Shown: piece by piece, positions 39,158 to 47,966 of the stretch
Position numbering within the stretch: the stretch's first letter is position 1
Layout of the letters: each line of letters starts with the position of its first letter
Assembly (NCBI GenBank): GCA_022616665.1
Contig: JAKEFJ010000175.1
Location: forward strand, 1-56,720
DNA length: 56,720 nucleotides
Source of the DNA: Acidobacteriota bacterium
GTDB taxonomy: Bacteria > Acidobacteriota > Polarisedimenticolia > Gp22-AA2 > AA152
Direction of reading: 5' to 3'
Program-made: the position numbers and the translations under genes
Notes under the pieces: model-generated
Database searches by the model: none
Told to the model about the DNA's origin: nothing
What the model saw: only the letters and a program-made list of their open reading frames with translations

Positions 39158-41982
39158 TGAAGCCCGGGACAATCGGAGCCCTGATTCCTGCCCTTCTGCT
39201 GGCTATTCTGGGATTATTGAGTTTCCTGAATCGCGCCGCTTCGCTGCACGGCGAAGACGGGGTGATTTGGGCGAGCCGAGGGCGAGGTTTGGAGGCAGCG
39301 TCCATCCAGGCAGGAAGTCCCGCGGACATCGCCGACATCAAGAGGGGAGATCAGCTCATCAGCATCGCTGCGGTCGCTCCCTCCGCCACTCGCAGCGTTC
39401 GAGAATTGCTCTGGGGGCGTGCCGGGCTTCCGACGCCTTATAAGGTCCTGAGGGGAAACCAGCGCCTGGATCTGGAGGTTCTCCCCCGGTCTGATGGGGA
39501 GGAAAATCGCCTCTATTACTTCCTCTTTATTGTGGGGGCGGCGGCTCTCGTGGCGGGCAGCCTGGCTCTGGTGAAGCTCCCCTCAGAGCACGCAGCACTC
39601 GTGCTTTACGGCCTCTGCCTCGCTTTCTTCTCGCTGCTGGCGCTCTCTCCCGGGGGAAACGCCCGAATCCTCGACTGGATTTTCTACTGGGGCGATCTGG
39701 CGGGACGACTTCTGCTTCCCCCCTTGATCGTCCATTTTGTCCTGGAGCTCTCCGAGCCGGTCCCACGCTTGGGCGCCGGCACCGGCCGGCGTATCTGGCT
39801 GTATGCGCCGGCGATACTCCTGCTGGGAGTGGCCGTCTACCTGATTCCGCTCAAGGGGGCCCTCGCCTTCTCCGAACCGACCCACGCCATTCGCCTGAAA
39901 GACCGCTTGGAGCTTTTTTACCTGGGGCTCTACACCGTCCTGGCGGTTTCGACCCTCTTCGCCAGACTCTGGAGCTGTACGCGTGCCGCAACGCGGTGGC
40001 GGCTCAGATGGGTGGCGGCCTCAGCTGCGGCGGGCCTGTTGCCGCTCTGCCTCCTGTATCTCCTCCCGGTCGCGCTGGGAGTTCCGGCAGGAGCGCTGGG
40101 CGAACTGTCCGTGCTCCCGCTGGCGATCGCCCCCCTGGGTTTCACGGCGACACTGTTTGAGGAGCGGGCGGTGGATTTGGATCGCTCGCTGCGGGCAGCG
40201 GTGCGCTGGGCCGTGGTCGGGGCTGTTTTTCTGGCTGGGGGCGCGGCCTGCTCCCGGCTCCTTTCGTTCCTGCCGGGTGGAGCGTCTTCGGGGGGGATTC
40301 TCGCCGAGGTCAGCTTCCCGCTGCTCATTTCCGGTGCTCTGGCGGTACTTTTCTACCGTTTCCTGGGGAGCAAAGTGGACCGCTTGCTTGGCAGGCGGCC
40401 GGCAGCGACTTCCCGCCTGCTGCTCGAGCTGGGCGAGGACATTAACGGAGAGGTCCGGCTGGAGCCGCTCGCCAAAAAGCTGGTCTCGCGACTGGCGTCG
40501 CAGTTCGGAGTCGATCCGGTTCTGTTGCTGGTGGAGGGGCCGGGTGAGGGGATTTTTCTTCCCGCACGGGGATCGACCCATCTGTCGAATCAGCCTATGC
40601 GCTGGAGCTTTTCGGACCAGGAGGCTCGTGAGCTCTCGACGAAGGAGATGGTGCTCCTGGGCGACGCAGGGGCGGAGCTTCCGTCGGCCGCGAGGGAGGA
40701 AGCTCGAAAAGCGGGATTTCGGTACGTCTTCCCCATGGTCGTTCGAGGCCAAATGCGCGCTCTGCTGCTGAGTGGCCCGCGCCGCGACTGCTCCGCCCTG
40801 GAGGGAGAGGATCTGGACGCCATGGCGGCCCTCGCTTCACAGGCCGCCAAAGCCGTTGAAGCGGCTCGCCTGTACCGGGAGATCGAGGAAAGAAGTCGCC
40901 GTGAAGAGCAGCTCCGTCGCCAGACCGAGGCCATTTTGCAGTCCAGCCGGATCGGAATCCTGCTCTGTGACGCCGCGGGGAGGATCACGGCAGCCAACCT
41001 TGCGGCCGCCAGGATACTCGGTCATCCTGTTCCCATCGGGGCCGGGGTGGGAGCGATGCTTCCCAAAGGATTGCTCATGCTGCTGGATCGGTCCGTCCGT
41101 GATGTCCGGCGAGGCGGGTCGGGGGAGCGGGTCTTCCGCTTCTCCCTGGGTCGCGCCGATGGAAAGATCCGAGTGATCAACGCCAGCCGCTCCTACCTGG
41201 GCGGAGACCCCTTATCCGGGGTGGTTTACACACTGGACGATGTCTCCGAAGAAGTCCGACGAGAGGAGAGCATGGTTCACCACGACCATCTGGCGGAGTT
41301 GGGCTTGCTGGCCTCGCAAGTGGCTCACGAGGTGAATACGCCGCTGGCCGGCATTGCCAGCTACGCCCAGCTGTTGATGGCCCGGATGAAATCTCGGATT
41401 CCCGAGATGGAGCTGCTGAAGAAGATCGAGAGCCAGGCAGTGCGCGCCGCGGGAATCGCCGGCTCCGTGCTCAACTTTGCCCGAAGGAAGGACGAGGAGC
41501 CCGCCCAGGAATTCGACCCCGGTGCGGTCATTGCAGAGAGTCTGGCCTTGTTCGAGCCCCAGCTCAAAGGAAAACGAATCCGGCTCTCCATGGAGCGGGC
41601 GCCGTCCCTCCCCATGATCCGGGGACATCGCGGCAAAGTGCAGCAGGTGATCTTGAATCTACTGATGAACGCGGCCCAGGCGCTTCCCTCCGGCGGAGAG
41701 ATTCGGCTGGCGCTGGACCGGGATGGTGAATCGGTGCGAATACGGGTTTCCGACAGCGGTATCGGCATCCCCTCCGCCAGCCTCCCCAGGATCTTCGAGC
41801 CCTTTTTCACCACGCGCTCCGACGGCAAGGGAACCGGGTTGGGACTGTCCGTGGTACAACGGATCGTCCTCGAGCACGGCGGCACGATTCAGGTGGAGAG
41901 TGTTGAGGGTGCCGGCAGCACCTTTACCGTGTCCCTCCCTGCGGCACAGATCCCTGTCGGCGAGGTTGCCCGTGGAGCTTAA
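39157..41982 (+). CDS. Multi-TM sensor histidine kinase with an N-terminal PDZ domain (predicted periplasmic), PAS, HisKA and HATPase_c
   Basis: ATG overlaps the upstream stop by 1 nt (TGATG). TM1, then PDZ (GSPADIADIKRGDQLISI), then about 9 further hydrophobic helices, PAS-like ILLCDAAGRITAANLAAARILG, H-box LASQVAHEVNTPL, and N/G boxes (LLMNAAQA, DSGIGIP, GTGLGLS). Confidence 0.87.
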   Translation: MKPGTIGALIPALLLAILGLLSFLNRAASLHGEDGVIWASRGRGLEAASIQAGSPADIADIKRGDQLISIAAVAPSATRSVRELLWGRAGLPTPYKVLRGNQRLDLEVLPRSDGEENRLYYFLFIVGAAALVAGSLALVKLPSEHAALVLYGLCLAFFSLLALSPGGNARILDWIFYWGDLAGRLLLPPLIVHFVLELSEPVPRLGAGTGRRIWLYAPAILLLGVAVYLIPLKGALAFSEPTHAIRLKDRLELFYLGLYTVLAVSTLFARLWSCTRAATRWRLRWVAASAAAGLLPLCLLYLLPVALGVPAGALGELSVLPLAIAPLGFTATLFEERAVDLDRSLRAAVRWAVVGAVFLAGGAACSRLLSFLPGGASSGGILAEVSFPLLISGALAVLFYRFLGSKVDRLLGRRPAATSRLLLELGEDINGEVRLEPLAKKLVSRLASQFGVDPVLLLVEGPGEGIFLPARGSTHLSNQPMRWSFSDQEARELSTKEMVLLGDAGAELPSAAREEARKAGFRYVFPMVVRGQMRALLLSGPRRDCSALEGEDLDAMAALASQAAKAVEAARLYREIEERSRREEQLRRQTEAILQSSRIGILLCDAAGRITAANLAAARILGHPVPIGAGVGAMLPKGLLMLLDRSVRDVRRGGSGERVFRFSLGRADGKIRVINASRSYLGGDPLSGVVYTLDDVSEEVRREESMVHHDHLAELGLLASQVAHEVNTPLAGIASYAQLLMARMKSRIPEMELLKKIESQAVRAAGIAGSVLNFARRKDEEPAQEFDPGAVIAESLALFEPQLKGKRIRLSMERAPSLPMIRGHRGKVQQVILNLLMNAAQALPSGGEIRLALDRDGESVRIRVSDSGIGIPSASLPRIFEPFFTTRSDGKGTGLGLSVVQRIVLEHGGTIQVESVEGAGSTFTVSLPAAQIPVGEVARGA

Positions 41983-42376
41983 GGGCGTGGTGCTCGCCTT
42001 CATCCTGACCGGAGCGCTGGGAGCCCTGCCGGCGCGAGCCGGATCCCAGGATCGTGCGGATGAGCTGGCGGGCCCGACTCCGGGAGGAATTACGGGCAGG
42101 GTGATGGATGGGCGGGGCGGACCCCTTTCGGGCGCGAAGGTGGTCCTGCACCGGGGAGAGTTTTCCACTACCACGCGGACCGATGAACAAGGGGAGTACT
42201 GCTTCTGCAGGGTCAAGCCGGCCCGCGACTATGTCTTCGAAATTGAAATGGACGGGTTCGCCGGATTCATCGAAAGGGACTTTACCGTGGCGAGAACCAG
42301 GCTCTCGATCCGCAACGTCATTCTCGAGCCGCTCTCCAGCTTCCGATCCGAGCCCGGAAAAGAGGAATCGCCTTGA
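41972..42376 (+). CDS. Small secreted CarboxypepD_reg-like domain protein
   Basis: GTG 41972 (TTG 41966 is an alternative) overlaps the kinase stop. Signal peptide VVLAFILTGALGALPARAGSQ, then ITGRVMDGRGGPLSGAKVVL...TDEQGEYCF...KPARDYVFEIEMDGF. Its stop overlaps the regulator start (TTGA). Confidence 0.6.
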   Translation: MELKGVVLAFILTGALGALPARAGSQDRADELAGPTPGGITGRVMDGRGGPLSGAKVVLHRGEFSTTTRTDEQGEYCFCRVKPARDYVFEIEMDGFAGFIERDFTVARTRLSIRNVILEPLSSFRSEPGKEESP

Positions 42377-43791
42377 GCGGACCGAGCCCGGTGACGCCCA
42401 ACCACCGCGCCAGGATTCTGGTGGTGGAAGACGAGAGTGTCTTTCAGGAAGTCCTGTCCGGCCTTCTTCAGGAAGCGGGTTACCAGCCGACGGTCGCAGG
42501 TTCCGCGGAAGAGGCCCTGGGTTTGCTCGATCGGGACAGTTTTGATCTCCTGGTTATCGACCTGATGCTCCCTGGCGCCGGTGGGCTGGAGCTTCTCCGG
42601 GCGGTCAAGGGCCGGGATCCGGACCAGATGGCAGTCGTGATCACCGCGTTTGGCTCGGTGGAATCGGCGGTGCAGGCCATGAAGGAAGGAGCGTTCCATT
42701 ACCTGACGAAGCCCTTCCGTCACGAGGAGGTGCTGCTCACGGTTCGCAACGCCCTGGGCCAGCGTAACCTGCTTTCGGAGAATCGCACTCTGCGGAGGGC
42801 GCTCTCGTGGCGCGCCCGGGATAACGAGCTGGTGGGGAAAAGCCGTCCGATCCAGGAGCTGCAGAGCATGCTGGACCGGATCGCGCCGACCCGCAGCACC
42901 GTGCTCATTCAGGGGGAGAGTGGCACGGGGAAAGAGCTGGCTGCGCACGCGATTCATCATCGCAGTCCCCGCTCGCATCGTCCTTTCGTGGTCGTGAATA
43001 GCGGCAGTGTGCCGGCGGAGCTCTTGGAGAGCAATCTCTTCGGCCACCGCAAGGGGGCCTTCACGGGAGCGGTGGCAGCCAAAAAGGGGCTCTTCGAAGT
43101 CGCCGACGGCGGATCCTTATTCTTCGACGAGATCAGCTCCATTCACCCGGAGGTTCAGTCGAAGCTCCTCAGGGTGATCCAGGAGCGGGAGTTTCTCCCA
43201 CTGGGGGCCGTGGAGAGCGTGCGGGTGGATGTGCGGATCATCACTGCCACGAACATCGACCTGAAGGAGCTTGTGGAACGGGGACTGTTCCGGGAAGATC
43301 TCTTCTATCGCCTCAATGTCATCGTGGTGAATCTGCCTCCCTTGCGGGATCGGCGCGAAGACATCCCCCTTCTGGCGGACCACTTCCTGCGACGATTCGC
43401 CGAAGAGAACGGCAGGCCAGTCCCCGAGATCAAGCCAGAGGCCATGTTGGCTCTGACCCGCCACACATGGCCGGGAAACGTTCGCGAGCTGGAAAACCTC
43501 CTGGAGCGGGCCGTCGTACTGGGAAACGGGAGCGCCATCGGCTTGGAACTGCTCCCGGAGGAGATTCACCCCGGGGAAGCCGCCCCGTCCGACATTCCGG
43601 CAAAGGAGAGCGTCTCCGGTGAGTTTTCCTACGCTCAAACCATTGCTAGCTTTGAGCGGGAGCTGATTGAGCAGACCCTCCACAGGGCCCATGGGGTCCA
43701 GCGGAGGGCTGCGAGGCTATTGGGAATCAAACCCACGACCCTTAACGAGAAGATCAAGAGGTTGGGGATTCGTTCCCCCCGCCTCCCGTAG
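42373..43791 (+). CDS. Sigma54-dependent response regulator (NtrC family: REC-AAA+-HTH)
   Basis: ILVVEDE...DLLVIDLMLPG receiver, GESGTGKE Walker A, GAFTGA sigma54-contact loop, LFFDEI, C-terminal Fis-type HTH (AARLLGIKPTTLNEKIKRLGI). Confidence 0.92.
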   Translation: MSGPSPVTPNHRARILVVEDESVFQEVLSGLLQEAGYQPTVAGSAEEALGLLDRDSFDLLVIDLMLPGAGGLELLRAVKGRDPDQMAVVITAFGSVESAVQAMKEGAFHYLTKPFRHEEVLLTVRNALGQRNLLSENRTLRRALSWRARDNELVGKSRPIQELQSMLDRIAPTRSTVLIQGESGTGKELAAHAIHHRSPRSHRPFVVVNSGSVPAELLESNLFGHRKGAFTGAVAAKKGLFEVADGGSLFFDEISSIHPEVQSKLLRVIQEREFLPLGAVESVRVDVRIITATNIDLKELVERGLFREDLFYRLNVIVVNLPPLRDRREDIPLLADHFLRRFAEENGRPVPEIKPEAMLALTRHTWPGNVRELENLLERAVVLGNGSAIGLELLPEEIHPGEAAPSDIPAKESVSGEFSYAQTIASFERELIEQTLHRAHGVQRRAARLLGIKPTTLNEKIKRLGIRSPRLP

Positions 43792-43833
43792 CCCCCTGCT
43801 GCGTCCGCTCCGCACTCCAAAATATACAATTCC

Positions 43834-43861
43834 TTGACATCCACTCTTATAGACGTAATAT
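43834..43861 (+). promoter_or_regulatory. Candidate sigma70-type promoter P1 (TTGACA-N16-TAATAT)
   Basis: Consensus -35 at 43834-43839 and TAATAT at 43856-43861, in an AT-rich intergenic island. Confidence 0.4.
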
Positions 43862-43932
43862 ACCTTCAGGTGGTGGGAGTAATTATTCAGACGGTCCCCG
43901 TAACTTGCTGTCGCCGTTTCTCTTATTGGGAA

Positions 43933-43962
43933 TTGACAGGCGCGGGTCCGGGCCGATAAAAT
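43933..43962 (+). promoter_or_regulatory. Candidate sigma70-type promoter P2 (TTGACA-N18-TAAAAT)
   Basis: Consensus -35 at 43933-43938 and TAAAAT at 43957-43962. About 120 nt upstream of ATG 44081, which has a GGAGG SD 8 nt upstream. Confidence 0.4.
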
Positions 43963-44080
43963 GCCAATTCTCAAAAGATAGTGATGATGAAGGCAGGAGA
44001 GCCCCCCGGGGGGAGGGCTGCTTCACCAGGGGCGTGAGAGTTCGTCCCCATCCACTTCGTGAAGTCCGGAGGTAGTTCTC

Positions 44081-47000
44081 ATGGTCAGTGGCAGGGCCAA
44101 ACGTCTCGCCGGTTTCTTTTCCGTAATCCCCGTAATCCTCTGCATCTCCTCCCTCTCCGGTTTCTCCCAGACCACGCCGGGGACCGTGAAAGGGGTCGTT
44201 GTCGACAAGGAGGGGAGCCCTCTCCCGGGCGCCACGGTCACCCTGGAAAACAAGGCCATGGCAATTGTGGGGCTGGGAGGTGTCACGAACGCCCAGGGGG
44301 AGTTCCGGATCACGCCTGTGGCACCCGGCAAAGGGTACGCCCTTCGAGTGAGCCTGCCCGGGTACCAGAAGATTGAGTTCACCCTCGAAGTCTATTCGGG
44401 AAAGACCATCGTCCAGAACGTCACCTTGCGCGAGGCGATGACGGAGCGGGTACAAGTGCAAGGCAAAACGGATGTGGTCAACACCGAGTCGACCCAGATC
44501 AGCACCACGATCACCTCCGAGTTCATCTCCGGCCTCCCGGTTCTGGGAACCGATTATCAGGATGTCCTGACGCTGGCGCCAGGCGTGACCGACGTGAACA
44601 ATACCGGAAACCCCAACATCCACGGTGCCCGGGACACCGACGTGGTGACCCTCGTGGACGGAGTGAGCACCACCGATCCTTTCGACGGCCATTTCGGTCA
44701 GAACCTCAACACCGAATCGATCGAAGAGATCGAGGTCATCACCTCCGGCGCAGGCGCTCAATTCAGCCGGGCCCAGGGAGGATTCGTCAACATCGTCACC
44801 AAGTCCGGCGGCAACGAGTTCAAGGGTACCTTCACCTTTCAAATGCGCACCAACAAGCTGGATGGCGACGGAGCGGGAGTGGATCGGTCGGAATTGCGCG
44901 GAGGCCTCGGTGAGACCGATGGGTTCCGGGACCTGGAGTTCACGAATCTTTCCCCCTACCTGTCCCTCTCCGGAGCTATCGTCAAGGACCATCTCTGGTA
45001 CCTCTTCGCCCCCGAGTACATTCAGGAGGAATTTCCAGTCAACGCCGGAACTCAGGCGTATGTCCAGACCCTCACCGACACTCGGGTCACCGCTAAGCTG
45101 ACCTGGCAGGTCAGCTCCAATAACAAGTTGGCGCTCATCGGCATTATGGATGACCAGGAATTCAACAATCAGGGACTGGATAGCCGCATCGACCTCGGAT
45201 CGGGTTTCACGTTCGAACGAGGCGGGCCGACCCTGACCCTTCAGGACACGGCCATTTTCACTCCGACCTTTTCACTGGAATCCACCATCTCCCGGTTCGA
45301 CCAGACGGTCAAGCGGACCCCGACCGTCAATCCGGACACCAATGGAAACGGCATCCTCACCGTGGACCACATTAAGTCGCTGGGCGGCAACGGGGACGGA
45401 TTCGTGCAGCTCCGGGAAAGCGTCGACGCTGGAGAGGATTTTGATCATGACGGCCGATGGGACGTCTTCGAGGATACCGAACCTAAGCCAAGAGGACGTG
45501 ACGGAAAGCTGAACTGTACGGACGATCCGATCACCGGGGAGCCCATCTGCCCAGAAGATCGCGACGGTGACGGACGGCTGACCGGAGCTTTCGGCTGCGA
45601 GGGGCCCAATCGGGAAGACATCAACTGTAACGGATCCGTTGATCGCGAGATTGATCTCGACGGGGATGGAAGATTGGATCTCGGCGTGGCTGACCTTAAC
45701 GGTGACGGTGTCTTTGAGACGGACCTTGACGGTGACGGTGACTTTCGTCCTAACGAGGACACTGGGATCCCTTGCCTTAACCCGTCCATCTGTCCCGGAC
45801 GAGTCGAGCTGATGCGTGGCTGCCTTGACCCCGCCACATGCAGCACCGCGGGCAACGGGAGATTCGACACCGAGGACCTGAACGGCGATTTTGTAATCAA
45901 CGACACCCCCTTTCCGAACTGGAATGACGCCAACCTCAACGGCATTCCGGAACGGGGCGAGTTTACGGCCCCTCTGGGTGCAGATCAGCCTTATGTCCTG
46001 GACTTCAGAAGCCTTCGAATCACGGGGCCGTACTTTCGGAATTACTCGGACAGTCGCACCCGGGATAGCCTCAGGGAGGATCTCTCGTACTACATTGATG
46101 ACCTCTTCGGGAGCCATGACCTCAGGATGGGAATGTCGGTGGAGTTTGAGGGCTATGAGGCAACCAACGATCTTCGCCCCGTCTGGCAGTCGAGACCCGG
46201 CGACCTCGCCAACAGCGCGGGTGAGGTCGGGGGAATCCTCTCCGCCGCCCTGCCCACCACACAGTCGGCCACCAACTCGGCCACCAGCGACAACCTCGGA
46301 CTCTATTTCAACGATACCTTCAAGCCGCTCCCCAACCTGACCCTCGGCCTTGGAATCCGGTTCGATCGCGAGCAGGTGAGCTCCCAGGGCTATACTTTCT
46401 TCGACCCGCTCGCCGAAGCGGGAGAGTACGTGAATCTTCTTAACATCGCCGGCCAGGAACACCTGCAAGGGGATCTGAACAACGATGGCATCAAAACAGC
46501 GGGATTGAGAAATGGGGACCCCCTGTATTCGGGAAACAATGTCTCTCCCATCGATACGCTTAAGAATCGCCCGGAAACCCTCTCCTCGGACCTGAATAAT
46601 GCGGCAGGCGTGCGCCTGACCCGGCACAACGTCGAGAGTGTCATCCAGAGCACTTTCATCGAGAACTCCAACATTCTCAAAAACGGGCACCCGCGAACCC
46701 CCGAAGACATCGACATCACCAACAACAACCTGGCGCCGCGGATCAGCGTCTCCTGGGATCCCTGGGCCGATGGCAAGAGCAAGGCCACGGCCACCTGGGG
46801 GCGCTTCTACGACAAGCTCTTCCTCCAGACCGTCATCGGCGAGGAGGGCCCCGACTTCTTCACGCAGTACTATCGCCTGGACATCGACGGAGTGGACGGG
46901 GACGGATTGCCCAACAACTTCGTGGGGGCGTCAATCTCCAAGGCGCCTCCCTCGGCGTCCCAGGTGGATCGCAATCTGAAGACTCCCTACACCGACGAAT

Positions 47001-47917
47001 TCACCATCGGTTTCCAGAGGGAGATCGCCCCCGAGATGAGCGTTTCCATCAATTACATTCAGAGGAAGTTCCAAGACCAGCTCCAGGACATCGACGTGAA
47101 CCATACCACCCGCAAACACGGCGTCAATGGCGCCTCCTGCGACGTAGTGACGGTGTCCGGCTATTGCGATAAGATTGGAATGACCATCGACGCCCCGCCC
47201 ACCGGGACCGGCGGCGAAGCCGGAACGGGCCGCACGGATGAGAGGATCGGGGACAGTTACCCGGATCTCTACATCCTCAATCCGAATTTCAACCAGATCT
47301 TCCGCGTGGGAAACTACAACCTCCAAGACTACAACGCCGTCGAGTTGCAATTCGTTCGCCGGTTGAGCCGGAAGTGGCAGATGGATGCGAGCTATGTCTT
47401 CTCCAAGGCCACGGGGCAGGCAGACTCGTTCAATTCGGAAAGCGGCGACGACCCCGCCCTCACCGAGTTGAGGTATGGATATCTGGAATTCGATCAGCGC
47501 CACGTGGCGAAGTTCTTCGCCACGGCCTACCTTCCAGGTGATTGGAGAATCGGTGGTGGGATCACCTGGTCTTCGGGCCTTCCCTATTCCAATGTGAACC
47601 GGTTCGTGGCGGGCGACAACGTGGACTTTGCGCAGATCAGGCGCCTCTACGGCTACAAAGACTTGAATACCGGGAAATTCTACGACGAGGACAGGAACAC
47701 ACACCGAAACCCCGCTGCCTACTCCATCGACGTTCGGACCGAAAAGCAGTTCGTGATGGGAAAGGTCTCGTCCGGAGCGTTCTTCGAAATCTTCAACCTC
47801 CTCAACACCGATGATCTCCGGGTAACGGAAATCGATAATCGCGCCCGCTCACTGCAGTCCGTGGAGACCAGGGACTTCGGCAGGCGATTCCAGTTCGGGA
47901 TCAAGATGAACTTCTAG
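44081..47917 (+). CDS. Giant TonB-dependent-receptor-like outer-membrane protein (CarboxypepD_reg + plug + barrel) with an Asp-rich insert
   Basis: 1278 aa. Signal peptide, GTVKGVVVDKEGSPLPGATVTL (CarboxypepD_reg), plug (LAPGVTDVNNTGNPNIHGARDTDVVTLVDGVSTTDPF...EIEVITSGAGAQFSRAQGGFVNIVTKSG), long barrel, C-terminal beta-signal RFQFGIKMNF. Confidence 0.88.
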   Translation: MVSGRAKRLAGFFSVIPVILCISSLSGFSQTTPGTVKGVVVDKEGSPLPGATVTLENKAMAIVGLGGVTNAQGEFRITPVAPGKGYALRVSLPGYQKIEFTLEVYSGKTIVQNVTLREAMTERVQVQGKTDVVNTESTQISTTITSEFISGLPVLGTDYQDVLTLAPGVTDVNNTGNPNIHGARDTDVVTLVDGVSTTDPFDGHFGQNLNTESIEEIEVITSGAGAQFSRAQGGFVNIVTKSGGNEFKGTFTFQMRTNKLDGDGAGVDRSELRGGLGETDGFRDLEFTNLSPYLSLSGAIVKDHLWYLFAPEYIQEEFPVNAGTQAYVQTLTDTRVTAKLTWQVSSNNKLALIGIMDDQEFNNQGLDSRIDLGSGFTFERGGPTLTLQDTAIFTPTFSLESTISRFDQTVKRTPTVNPDTNGNGILTVDHIKSLGGNGDGFVQLRESVDAGEDFDHDGRWDVFEDTEPKPRGRDGKLNCTDDPITGEPICPEDRDGDGRLTGAFGCEGPNREDINCNGSVDREIDLDGDGRLDLGVADLNGDGVFETDLDGDGDFRPNEDTGIPCLNPSICPGRVELMRGCLDPATCSTAGNGRFDTEDLNGDFVINDTPFPNWNDANLNGIPERGEFTAPLGADQPYVLDFRSLRITGPYFRNYSDSRTRDSLREDLSYYIDDLFGSHDLRMGMSVEFEGYEATNDLRPVWQSRPGDLANSAGEVGGILSAALPTTQSATNSATSDNLGLYFNDTFKPLPNLTLGLGIRFDREQVSSQGYTFFDPLAEAGEYVNLLNIAGQEHLQGDLNNDGIKTAGLRNGDPLYSGNNVSPIDTLKNRPETLSSDLNNAAGVRLTRHNVESVIQSTFIENSNILKNGHPRTPEDIDITNNNLAPRISVSWDPWADGKSKATATWGRFYDKLFLQTVIGEEGPDFFTQYYRLDIDGVDGDGLPNNFVGASISKAPPSASQVDRNLKTPYTDEFTIGFQREIAPEMSVSINYIQRKFQDQLQDIDVNHTTRKHGVNGASCDVVTVSGYCDKIGMTIDAPPTGTGGEAGTGRTDERIGDSYPDLYILNPNFNQIFRVGNYNLQDYNAVELQFVRRLSRKWQMDASYVFSKATGQADSFNSESGDDPALTELRYGYLEFDQRHVAKFFATAYLPGDWRIGGGITWSSGLPYSNVNRFVAGDNVDFAQIRRLYGYKDLNTGKFYDEDRNTHRNPAAYSIDVRTEKQFVMGKVSSGAFFEIFNLLNTDDLRVTEIDNRARSLQSVETRDFGRRFQFGIKMNF

Positions 47918-47936
47918 CCGTTCCAGGACTTGAGCG

Positions 47937-47966
47937 AAAAGGGGGGTCGAGGCCCCCCTTTTTTTT
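47937..47966 (+). terminator. Rho-independent terminator after the giant receptor gene
   Basis: AAAA-GGGGGG-tcgagg-CCCCCC-T8. Confidence 0.8.

Noticed and set aside
43893-43908. GG...TTGC as a sigma54 promoter for the giant receptor
   Set aside because: The spacing between the GG and GC dinucleotides is 14 nt instead of the required 12, and the flanking bases do not match TGGCAC.
44002-44013. CCCCCCGGGGGG 12-bp palindrome as a terminator or hairpin
   Set aside because: It has no loop and no U-tract. It cannot form a stable hairpin and is more likely a chance GC palindrome, noted only as part of the 5' UTR.
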